The notes under the pieces were generated by a model, which was not told the DNA's origin, did no database searches, and saw only the letters and a list, made by a program, of their open reading frames with translations. Below, piece by piece: positions 46,380 through 57,417 of a stretch of DNA of 64,000 nucleotides; positions within the stretch are counted from its first letter, which is position 1, and each line of letters opens with the position of its first letter. Source of the DNA: Xylographa opegraphella (taxonomy: Eukaryota); the NCBI GenBank assembly GCA_022813865.1, contig JALDZX010000013.1, forward strand, positions 372,001-436,000. Reading direction: 5' to 3'. The translations under genes and the position numbers were made by a program.

Positions 46380-48518
46380 ATGGCAAGATGGCAATACGGC
46401 ATTGTTGCCGACGCAGGCTCATCGGGTACACGAATACACATTTATCGATGGCTTAAGAGTGCCCGAGCGCGGCAGGAAGCAGATGATCATGAGCTGACGT
46501 CTCTACCAGTTGTGAAGACAAAGAAGAAATGGACGAAAAAGATAAAACCGGGAATCTCGACTTTTGGTGACGAGCCTGATCTTGTAGGACCTAGTTATCT
46601 TAAGGAACTCTTCGACCATGCGCTTGATATTATTCCAGAGGACGCTGTGGCGGATACGCCAATGTTCCTGCTTGCAACAGCTGGTGTGCGACTCCTACCA
46701 GATCTGCAGCGCAAAGAACTACTGCGACAAGTCTGCTCTTATGCCCAAAAACACACACGTTTTCTACTGCCGGCTTGTGACCTACACATTCAAGTTATAT
46801 CCGGGGAGACCGAAGGTCTATATGGATGGATTGCGGCCAACTATCTGCTTGGCGGATTTGATTCGCCAGAAGAGCACAACCATGGGAAAGGACATCATAC
46901 ATATGGCTTTCTTGATATGGGAGGAGCTTCGGCACAAATTGCGTTTGCGCCAAACACTACTGAAGCAGAGCTGCACGCGAGCGATCTGAAGTTGTTGCGA
47001 ATGCGAACTGTGGACGGAGTCGCCAGTGAATATCGGGTCTTTGTTACCACCTGGCTCGGTTTTGGGGTTCATGAAGCAAGAAGACGATACGTGGAGGCCT
47101 TGCTCCAGGCCACTCCGTCATCTGCTACAGAACTCCCTGATCCATGTTTACCTGTAGGATTGAGTATCACAACCAAGGGGGATATGCTACTGCCCGATAC
47201 CGTCTTAGGAAAAGAACCAGCTTTGGTTGGCACAGGAAAATTCGACGAATGTTTGAGTTCATCACATACTTTGCTCAACAAAACTGTCGTATGTGTAGAT
47301 CCGCCATGCTTGATCAACGGTGTACACGTTCCCGCCATCGATTTCGACGTCAATCATTTCGTCGGAGTTAGTGAATATTGGCATACTACTCACGAGATCT
47401 TTGAGATGGGATTCAAGGACAAAGCATACGACTTCAGAACATATCAGACACAAGTCAAAGAATTCTGTGGCGAAGATTGGGGGGCGATCCAGGACCAGAT
47501 TCGAAAGGAGAAATGGGGCAAAAAGGTGGACGAAGCTATCGCTGCAGAGGCTTGCTTCAAAGCTAGCTGGCTGATCAATGTGCTCCACGAAGGCATTGGT
47601 ATACCTAGAATTGGGCTGGAAGACAATCGTGGTAATGGTTACAATGGAACCAAAGAAATTCTTGGCGGGGCAAAGTCTAAGGGCTTTACCGATCCTTTCC
47701 AAGCCGTCGATGAGATCGATGATACCGAAGTCAGCTGGACACTCGGCAAGATGATACTATATGCTTCAAGTCAAGTGCCCTCAGGAAAAGCGAACTCCCT
47801 ACCGGTTGGCTTTGGCAGTAATATCGCAGGGATACCTGCGGACTTTCAATATGCTGGCTCGACTCATTCGCCTCCCTCCAATAAAACACACGACCAGGTT
47901 CCTCAGCAGTTAGATGAGCAGGATGGATGGAAGGATGTACTTTTCGAGGGCAAAACTCCTCGAAGGGTTCCTGGATTTCTACTCTTCATGGTGATCATTG
48001 GCATTGCAATTTTCTTACTTTGTGGCAAAGACGGCCGTTCACGAATGTACCACAAAATTGCTCATCCATTCTCCCGCGGACACCCTAACCGGCGCCGCGG
48101 TCTCTTCGCTAGTAAATCCGCCTTTTTAAATTCTCGAAGTCACGATATCGGTGCTCGAGAGCACCTTCTTGAGGGTGGAATTGTAGCTCCGGAGGACTTT
48201 GAATTGGGTTCACTAGACGGAGATTCCGATGAACACTCCGAATCGTCACTGCGCAGCATGACTGCATCGACATCAGGACGCGCAACGCCCAAAATGCGTT
48301 CACAGAAGATTGAGCATGGGCAATCGGATATCACAACTCAAGGGGTTGGTTTAGGCCTGGGCCCGACCACAAATGCCATGGACAGGAGCGGGCTCTTTGT
48401 GAGAACCGAGAGTCGAGAAAAACTACCAACCATGAGCTCAGGAGAGGGGAGGAGAAGTCGAAGAGGAAGTCCGACACGTTTTAAAACACCTCTGATGAGC
48501 CCACTGAAAGAGTATTGA
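46380..48518 (+). CDS. YND1: Golgi apyrase, GDA1/CD39 family
   Basis: Apyrase conserved regions DAGSSGTR, ATAGVR, ETEGLYGW, DMGGAS and SWTLG, with a C-terminal TM helix and cytosolic tail. Confidence 0.93.
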   Translation: MARWQYGIVADAGSSGTRIHIYRWLKSARARQEADDHELTSLPVVKTKKKWTKKIKPGISTFGDEPDLVGPSYLKELFDHALDIIPEDAVADTPMFLLATAGVRLLPDLQRKELLRQVCSYAQKHTRFLLPACDLHIQVISGETEGLYGWIAANYLLGGFDSPEEHNHGKGHHTYGFLDMGGASAQIAFAPNTTEAELHASDLKLLRMRTVDGVASEYRVFVTTWLGFGVHEARRRYVEALLQATPSSATELPDPCLPVGLSITTKGDMLLPDTVLGKEPALVGTGKFDECLSSSHTLLNKTVVCVDPPCLINGVHVPAIDFDVNHFVGVSEYWHTTHEIFEMGFKDKAYDFRTYQTQVKEFCGEDWGAIQDQIRKEKWGKKVDEAIAAEACFKASWLINVLHEGIGIPRIGLEDNRGNGYNGTKEILGGAKSKGFTDPFQAVDEIDDTEVSWTLGKMILYASSQVPSGKANSLPVGFGSNIAGIPADFQYAGSTHSPPSNKTHDQVPQQLDEQDGWKDVLFEGKTPRRVPGFLLFMVIIGIAIFLLCGKDGRSRMYHKIAHPFSRGHPNRRRGLFASKSAFLNSRSHDIGAREHLLEGGIVAPEDFELGSLDGDSDEHSESSLRSMTASTSGRATPKMRSQKIEHGQSDITTQGVGLGLGPTTNAMDRSGLFVRTESREKLPTMSSGEGRRSRRGSPTRFKTPLMSPLKEY

Positions 48519-48941
48519 GGAATCAGATATTCGATTTAGCGTTGGTGTTCTGGTTGCTATCGTTTCTGACCGGGTAGCTGGATGTTGCCCTTTACTTTGG
48601 TGGGCTGAGATGATAGCCGCGAAAGTACTGTAGGATAATCGTGTTGGGGAGCTGTAGAGGCACTGACGAGTCTGCGATGTACACGAAAAAATATGACCAT
48701 CCTGTTTATTGTAACGCCGTCTAGGTGCATTTATGCTCAACAACATCCATGATTGCGACAGTCTTTGGAGCTTCTGCAAATCCAGCAAATTTTTAAAAAG
48801 CTTACGGAGTACATCAAATATCGGGATGAGTTAATATGCCGCTCCGTTTGGCCGACAACTATAGAACCCTAATTAAACAAAGCGTGTAGCTCACAGCCTG
48901 TCCTTCCGCGTTCCAAGCATTGTCTTTTACACATAGTTTTA

Positions 48942-50521
48942 ATGTCTATGGAAAGGATTCTCGACCTCTACGAACAGCTGATCAGCATATCGTGCGACCA
49001 CAGAAACACGCGATGGCTCTCACCTCTCCTCCTCGGCGCGGACGCGGCCCTCTGTGGGCTAATTATCTGGAAAGTCCCTTGTAAGCCTTTCAGCCTGTTA
49101 TGCCTCCCGCGAGAGAACAGACGGTGTGAGCCTTGAGTATTCACTGACGCGGCTTGCAGATACTGAAATCGACTGGACGACCTATATGGAACAGGTGTCC
49201 CTCTACCTGTCGGGCGAACGCGATTACACACGCATCGAAGGCGCCACAGGCCCGCTTGTATATCCTGCAGCACATGTCTACATCTATAGTGCGCTGCACT
49301 GGCTCACGGATGGGGGCAAGAATATAGTGCTTGCGCAGGTACTTTTTGGAGGGGTGTATTTGGGAGTGCTGAGTGTGGTTATGGCGTGCTACAGGATGTG
49401 TGAGGTGCGTCTTTGGGCAAAGGTTCTGGAGCATGTCCGACTACGAAGAGATCCCGAAATATTTTGCGGGTACCAGGGAGAGGTGGAGGATGGAATCGAT
49501 GATTTAACAGACGGAGCTGACTTTGCTGCTGTCAGGCGCCACCTTACCTATTCCCGCTGCTCATATTCTCCAAACGACTACACAGTATATACATGTTACG
49601 TTTGTTTAACGACTGCTTTGCGGTGGGACTGCTCTTCCTGGCAATTTATGCTTATCAGCGGAGGATATGGACCGTGGGAAGCATAGCTTTTTCGTGGGGC
49701 GTTGGAGTTAAGATGAGCTTGTTACTTGCACTTCCTGGAGTGATAATGATACTAGGGCAAGGCCTGCCGGTCAACAAGGCACTGAGGAATATTGCGAATA
49801 TGGCACAATTGCAGGTATGTAAGCTGTTCGGAAGAGTAGATACTGGAAATGGTTGCTTCCAAGATATAGCTGATTGGCCTTCGTTGTCCTCTGCTAGACA
49901 CTCCTGGCGATCCCGTTCCTGCCGACCAACGCAAAGGGTTATATATCACGCGCGTTCGAATTCTCAAGGCAATTCCTTTTCCAATGGACGGTCAATTGGA
50001 GGTTTGTAGGCGAAGACGTATTTTTGTCCAGTGCCTTCTCTCGGAGATTGCTTCTTGCACATTTGGCGTTGCTTGGTGTATTTGTGCTCACGAGGTGGAC
50101 ACGCCCGTCAGGCATGTCTGTTCCTGATCTACTTCGACGTGTTTTCCGACCAATTCCTGCTCGGCTGGAGCATATGATATCACTTCGTGTCACTCCAACC
50201 TTCACATTGACAACCATGCTCTCTTCTATCGCCATCGGTATGCTTTGTGCGAGAAGCTTGCATTACCAGTTCTATGCCTATATTGCATGGACCACCCCCT
50301 TCTTACTTTGGAGATCTGGATTGCACCCTTTGTTAATTTATCTTGTGTGGGGAGTGCAAGAGTGGACTTGGAACGTGTATCCCAGTACTGATATCAGTTC
50401 GAAAACAGTCGTTGGCTGCCTAGCTTTGCAAGTTCTCGGAGTATGGTTGGGTACGCGAAGCGACTTCGTGGACGCAGATCGTATATCCAAGAGAATTGCA
50501 AAGGTTCAACGCATGGAGTGA
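48942..50521 (+). CDS. ALG3: Dol-P-Man:Man5GlcNAc2-PP-Dol alpha-1,3-mannosyltransferase
   Basis: VPYTEIDW (spliced), [27 protein letters not shown] and [11 protein letters not shown]; three introns. Confidence 0.95.
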
Positions 50522-50541
50522 CGCCGTTGCCGGATAGGACA

Positions 50542-51015
50542 CTATGTCTCTGTGTCCGAGTCATCGACCGGTGGCAGTTTTCCAACGATGGAACCTTCCT
50601 CATCACTGTCCGGTGGATATGCGGACTTCTTTGCAAATTCACCAGGCCTTATAGAGGGCTTAGCTTTTATCAAATAGCTTGATGATCAAGGAGTGAGGTT
50701 ATACCAGTACACTTGCTTCCTCCAAAGCTTCTCATCTCTTACCACGTTGAGTATTTCGCCGTTCAGTTTGTTCTCTCGATCATCAAAGGTCGATGTGTTG
50801 ATGAGGACGAATCCTCCTCGTTTGATCCATATAGCGGACCGAAACCGAGACGGCAGCTCTACCAGCAGAGAAGCACCATCTGGCAGTTCCACGGTATAGA
50901 GATTCTTGCCTTCACCCTTTTTCACGCAGGCAATGGCTTGCTCAGGCTCAAGCGCTGCTGGTGGATTGGATGTCTCTTCCGCTGTGGCCAAAAGATGTCG
51001 CTTTGGGCGCGGCAT
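50542..51015 (-). CDS. S1/eIF1A-like RNA-binding protein (eIF1AD family)
   Basis: GKNLYTV...LVELPSRFRSAIWIKRGGFV OB-fold, spliced YW|PGEF and an acidic tail DSDEEGSIVGKLPP. Confidence 0.88.
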
Positions 51016-51512
51016 GTCGAGATGAGGTGCACGCTCACTGGGCTTCTGACAAGTGACTAAAGCACTGAGTCTGACTTTACAAAGTTCAATTCACTTGCAC
51101 CGGTGCCCGACCAATACCCTTAAAGACTTCTATACTCTGCTCAGTGCTCAGAGCCTCAGACGTGTCTTCAAGTCGATGCGTTGAGCTTGTCACAATCACA
51201 CCGATAATGGTGAACCATTAGAGTATTTAGGACAACTAAAATCAGCGCTAAAATGTGGGAGAAAGAAATTAAGCACTGCGCGAGCGGAACAGTACCGTTG
51301 TGGATCATTTTCACACCGAGACCCCGCTAATTATCTGTCATCCGCTGATTAATCAGTTCCTATGCCTCCCGCTCTGTTGAAGTTGTTAATAAGTCGCCTG
51401 TTCATTTCGCCGTCTGTCTGTATTTGTACGGTCTTGCCTTGTTCGTGTCTTTGTTCAGTGTTGACCAGTTCGCTTGCTTGATAATTGGTTGTGTTGACTT
51501 CAGTACTACAGG

Positions 51513-53104
51513 ATGGCAGCAGGCGTTGCAGTGGCATTTATTAACATTGAGGAACAGTCGGGCATTATTGATCCACCTGCAGTGGTGCATAAAAATGATC
51601 ATGGCGTCAAATCGTCGCCATCTGTATACGAGCTTGACCAAATGAACTTCGGTGATCGATATGATGGACCTTCAACAAATTCGTCAGTTCCGGCAGTCCC
51701 TGATGGGGCCGGTATGCCACCAGACCTCAATGAGCTCGAGACAAACATCAGAACAAGCCACGGGGCTCATATTGGAGTGGACACCGTCCAGAGTCTCTTT
51801 GATCCTCCTATGAACAAGTGGCGGTTCGTAGCAGCATGTCTTATGTGCTTCGCCAATGGATTGAACGATAGTGCACCTGGTGCCCTGATTCCTTACATTG
51901 GGCCATACTACAATATCGGTTACGCCGTTGTATCTATGATATTCGTGGCGAATGCCGTCGGGTTCATTGCCGCAGCTCTCTATACTACCACGCTACAAGC
52001 TCGATTTGGTCGAGCCAAAGTGCTGGTCTTGGCTGAGCTATTCCTGATTGCAGGTTATGCAATCATTGTATGCATGCCACCTTTTCCAGTCGTAGTCATT
52101 GCCTTCTTACTTACAGGACTCGGAATGGCTACGAACCTCGCCCTCAACAATGTCTTTGTCGCCAATCTGACCAATGCCACTGCCAACCTAGGATTTTTCC
52201 ACGGTTCTTATGGTCTAGGGGGAATTTTTGGCCCGCTCATGTCAACAGGCCTGGTTTCCACAGGTCACCGCTGGGCGACCTTCTATACAATCCCACTGGG
52301 TATAGCCGCTTTTAATTTACTTCTGGCCTATTGGTCTTTCCGAGACTACGAACGCGACCTTCCGCAGACTCTGCTGTCAGAACTTGAGCGTGAGAGCTCG
52401 CATCGACAGTCGCAAAGTCAAATTCGAGAAGACAGCAGTGTAGGCTCGAAGTCCACATTGAGAGAGGCGCTGCACAATAAGACCACCCTTCTCGGTGCTC
52501 TCTTTATCTTTTCTTATCAGGGTGCCGAAGTGTCCATATCAGGCTGGGTCATTTCCTTTCTACTTACATATCGCACACCGGCCGCCTCGTCTCGTGCTAG
52601 CATTGGATATGTAACAGCTGGGTTCTGGGCCGGGATTACCGTAGGTCGATTCCTCCTATCGCATCCGTCCCACAAACTAGGCGAGAAGACCTCTGCGTTT
52701 ATCCTCATCATTGGCGCCATAGCTTTCCAGCTTCTTGTCTGGTTAGTGCCCAGTATCATTGGTGAGGCGGTGGCGGTAGCTCTTGTGGGACTTTTACTAG
52801 GGCCCATTTATCCATGCGGGACTGTGATATTCAGCAAGTTGATCGGACGAAGATTACAGATGAGCAGTTTGGCCTTCATTAGCGCAATGGTAGAGGATAC
52901 AACCCATCTTTCCCTTCTTCAAAGAGTAGTAGATGACTCACTTGTCTGTAGGGTTCTAGTGGTGGTGCGTTACTCCCTTTCATGACGGGGTTGATCGCGC
53001 AGAAAGCGGGCACTTGGGTTTTGCACCCAATCTGCATGAGCGCATTTGGTGCAATGATTATCTGTTGGGCTTGTTTAGATAGAGTGGACAAGCGGAGAGA
53101 CTGA
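51513..53104 (+). CDS. MFS transporter (BSC6/FucP-like)
   Basis: GLNDSAPGALIPY, YQGAEVSISGW, GFWAGITVGR and LGPIYP motifs with about 12 TM helices; one 3' intron. Confidence 0.9.
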
Positions 53105-53800
53105 AGAGTTGGTGAGAGTCGGTAAGCCGTCAAGCGGTGTTAATTTCGATAGAGTGATGATTCAGAGGGTAGAGCTATTCACTCAGATGAGCACTTTCTT
53201 GCATCTCACAATTTGGGACAATCATTGCCCGGATCAAAGATGATGAAGCATTCGTTAACGACAATAGACCTCTGTTTCGACAATATCTTCTTCCTTTCAA
53301 TTGAGACTCATCCGCAAGGTCTCCGATTGGTAGCGTGTCTCACATAATGCTATGCTTGCGGCAGTGGTCGAGCTATTCAAGAGATGATGTGTCTGATTGG
53401 CTTCTGGGTGCTGAATCCGGCGACTTGTTCTAGGTCAGGCGATTGGCAGAACCGTCACCGACTTCGAAGTGCATCTCGCTAAATAAAGTTTCGCATTGAT
53501 GAAAACGGCCAACCATCCCATCGCTACCCCCATGACAAGAGAACACTATTATTGATAATGCTACAAAAGCCCATTCACAAGCAACTATTCGTCGACTTCA
53601 CGCTTTGCTGCTTGCAGCATTCTACTGATTCTTGAGCACCTTAGACCTTTCATGAACATGTTCATATTTCCTTATGCATCTCTTCCTCTCCTTTGATACC
53701 AAGTTATCATTCTTTTTTTGCGGTTATCCTTACAAAACTTCCTTTCATACTCAATCACGATTTTTGCACTGTCTTTGGTGTCGGAATCGTTATCGCAATC

Positions 53801-55425
53801 ATGTTCTCGGCCCTGCGCATACGCATGCTCGAGCTCATCCTGCCAAGCTCAAAGCGAAATCACAAGCGTTTTCGCTCACGTTCGCGCTCACGTTCGAGGC
53901 TGCAGACTCCGTTGAATAGGGTCCAGGATGGTAGAATTTCAAAGCCAATCACTCCGAGGGACGTTTCGGCAAGTGTCAAAGCTGTGATGGACAGCACTAC
54001 CGTCTCTAGCCCAAGAGTATCAAGGCCGAACAATTCACAAAGTAACCCGACTTCTATGGGTGGCGCCTCTGACGATTCCTCAATGAGTGATACTTCAGAT
54101 ATTATCTCTATGAGTGGCGATCCACACCATGCTGTCGTAAATGGCAACCAGTCAGACTTTATCACCTTGGCCGATAATGGACACAAACCTCCACCAGAGA
54201 CAGGCAGCGGTTCAAACAGGAACAGAGACTCAGCACCGGGCACGAATTCGCCCGAAAAGGCCTATCCGTCACCTCCGAATACAAACACGCCCAACCGAAT
54301 CAGAAGCAGCAAGCAGTGGAAGAAGAAGAAGATATCAATCAAGCCCAAGCCACCAGGTCACCCCGACCGGGACGTAATTCCAGAGGAGCTTTCAAGTCCA
54401 GATAGCCCGACCGACAGTTTCAAGGGCAACAACAAACTACCTGTGCTTAACAAGACAGAGGAAGCGGAGCACTTTTTAGATCTTGAGGTCGAAGGCAGCA
54501 GCATACGCAATTCACTCGCACTGGAGTATCACCCACTTTGGACGGCAGCGGAGATTGACGTTTTCAATAAGCTCAACATGCGGGGCTTTGAACCTCTCTT
54601 GCCTCGAACGTGGGCATTGGATTTTCCTACCGTACCAAGTGCCCTCTTCACGGACGACACGCAAGAAGCTTTCTTGAACGCTATATATGGCTCAGACTTC
54701 AGGGGTAAGTTTTCCTCCTTCACAAGCAATTTCAATTCCAATCCAACAGCTCCTTAAGTGTCTTGCAAAGAATTTGGTCTAACTTATTTCGATTAGCGAC
54801 TCGCGCGCTTTCTATTCTTCTCGAGCTTGGTGCTCGGGTGCGAGATTACATAAGTTTGAACCTTCCTCCCGAACAGCTTATCAGCCGCTACATTCAGCAG
54901 TACATCAAGTGGTCTCATCGAGACGGCCATCTCGTCACCAAAAACCCAATCCCTATTCTTGTGGTTGTAACAGGTCGAGATGATGAGACCGTCGAAGCTG
55001 TCGTCGACCGTGCCAGCCGAGAAATATACGATCTAGGAAAACGATACAGGAGAAACTGGTTGTTGCCTAAACCTCCGAAATTCCCAAAGCCGAAAAAGGA
55101 TCAAGCTGCCGATTGCGCCGATAATACTGCTGACAATGATGAAAAGGGGCTGGACGGCGACGAGGAGCCAGATGAATTCGACCCGCCTCTTCCAACAGTT
55201 TACGGCCTTGTCATTGCTTATACCACTGTGTCGCTTATCACATATGATAGCGATCAGCCTGAAAGAGAGATGAAAGCGCTGGCGCTGTTCGACTTCATGC
55301 TCGATGATCAGGACGTGTGGAACGCTTTTGCGATCGCTATTGTAGTTGTCTGGGCGAGGAATTACTTAGTGGGTCTGGGATGGGATGATGTGCCACAGAT
55401 CGAAAGGAGTGATCCAGACTTCTGA
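53801..55425 (+). CDS. Hypothetical protein (disordered N-terminus, globular C-terminus), 2 exons
   Basis: Two long ORFs joined by a GTAAGT..TAG intron at ~54705-54796. Folded-looking motifs MRGFEPLLP..W..DFPT.P and QDVWNAFAIAI. Confidence 0.75.
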
Positions 55426-55865
55426 TGGTGGAGATAGAAGCTTTTTTAAGTCGTGTGGAGAGGGAAGGGAAAGAGGCAAGGAAGGAGACCACATGGCAAA
55501 GAATCTCTCTGAAAAAGATTTGCTGCACTTTCCCCTACATCAGTGTATTTGGGTTTTTCAATCTTATTCAATGTAAGATAATACACTACACGAGCTTGCC
55601 GCAATTTCAGTCAGTCATTTGTTGCCCTTGTTCTTCCGCACATTCGGAAGTCTTCCGGCTCGGCACCATAAAGTGACCGACTTCCGCGAAATTGTTAGTC
55701 CCATGCCGGGAAGCCGCATCTTACCAAAGCCGTTGCAAATCACCGAAAGCTGCAGGCAGGAGCACTAGTATTTGTTGATAGGAATCCTCGGCACGAACCG
55801 AATTATCATGAGGTACTCAGACTCAGCCATGGCCCTATCCCGTCGCCACTCTTCTCTTTCGATCC

Positions 55866-56547
55866 ATGCACGCTCTTACCGCCGTCCTTCGAACCAAACC
55901 TATACTACGAGCTGCCGCCAACAGAACTCTCTTCACTCCGAGCCGCCACCTTTACCTCGCAATGGCGGAGACTGATACACCTCAGAGCGTGGAGCCTCCA
56001 ACGCCGAAGTTGTCGGCCGCCGACTTTAGAGTGTATAACAGTATGGCGGAACACATGAATTATTTTCACAACAACTTCCGTGCAACATGGAAGATACTGT
56101 ACGCTTCTTGTTCAAGTGGGAAACGCCCATCGAATATGTCGCTACGGCAATTTATCTCAACGGCCGAGCAGTTCTGTCATCATCTTACAGTACATCATAC
56201 GATAGAGGAACAGCACATCTTCCCAGTAACACATTGTTGAGCGCAACCTGATAAGTATCTTCGCTGACCGAGGATAGGTCCTCGCGACGAAGATGCCTGC
56301 CTTCAAAAAAGAGCTCGAGTTGCTAACGCAGCACAAGCAGATCCACCAGGGGCTAGAAAAATTCGAAGCGTATCTAGAGAAATGTAGAAGTGGCGAACAA
56401 GATCTGAGAATGGACGAGCTGAAGGCACTGATGGATAGCTTTGGCGATGTTCTATGGCAGCACTTGGACGATGAGGTAAAGCAATTAGGTGCTGAAAACA
56501 TGTGGAAGTATTGGACGAAAGACGAGATGCGTCGGATGCCAATGTAA
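55866..56547 (+). CDS. Hemerythrin/HHE cation-binding domain protein
   Basis: MAEHMNYFHNNFR, HLTVHHTIEEQHIFP|VLA, QHKQIHQG and HLDDEV metal-ligand pattern; one intron. Confidence 0.88.
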
Positions 56548-57417
56548 GCTCAATCATATGAGTTGAGTTGTGATGATGGCGCTGGACGAGCGATTTGGGA
56601 TGCATTTTTGACATTAGTCGGTTGGTCTCTCATGCGATAGGAACATTTAGATATACCCAATTCTCCTTTGGATTCCAGTTGCAACTGGGCTGTTTCTGAA
56701 AGCGTTTCTCTCTGCAATTATCTTGAAGCGTGTGGCTGTCTGTGGCACACATTTTCACATGTGCCACTCTGATCATGTGCCGCTTTCCAAGTACTGCCTG
56801 CTCAGAGACAACGTCACAACAACATATTCGCATTGAAGCAACTCACTTATGCCATGGATGCATCGATATTGCGAATGATCGTGCAAGTCGTTGATGCTTA
56901 TCAGGCCAATATAACGGAGACGACGGTCTCCCGGTGATCTTTTGGATGACTTTCCTCAACCAACATGGATCACGCTAGTAAATATCGTAGCAGTAATTCA
57001 GTGACGATATAGCTTTTCCGTCTCCAGATCAGGTACCGGTCTATGTAAGAATCTTCATCGGCTTTCGATTTGTCTTTGATGAGGGCAGCCATTCGTACTT
57101 TAATCATTGTGCTTTGTCACAGCCCCAACGATCTGACGTGTGCGCGTAGCAAACTCTCCCACTGCCCTGCACAAGAAGAATTCCTCCGACGGCCATTCAC
57201 GATTTACCAAAGTCAACCCGCCAGTGTCTATATAAAGTCTTGGAAACTAGGCGAGGACTATTATCGTATGTGAAGGGACCAAAAGCTGTGCTCATGAGGA
57301 GGACGACGACTTCATTTCCTTCGTTCTTCTTCGACCCACACTGGACTCGGAGCAGAGTCTGGCATATATCTATACCCGACTGACGTCCGTGGCGGTATCC
57401 CGCACCACACCGTCAGT

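Noticed and set aside
48491..48512. CTGATGA...GAAA hammerhead-like words
   Set aside because: Inside the YND1 coding sequence with no supporting stems.
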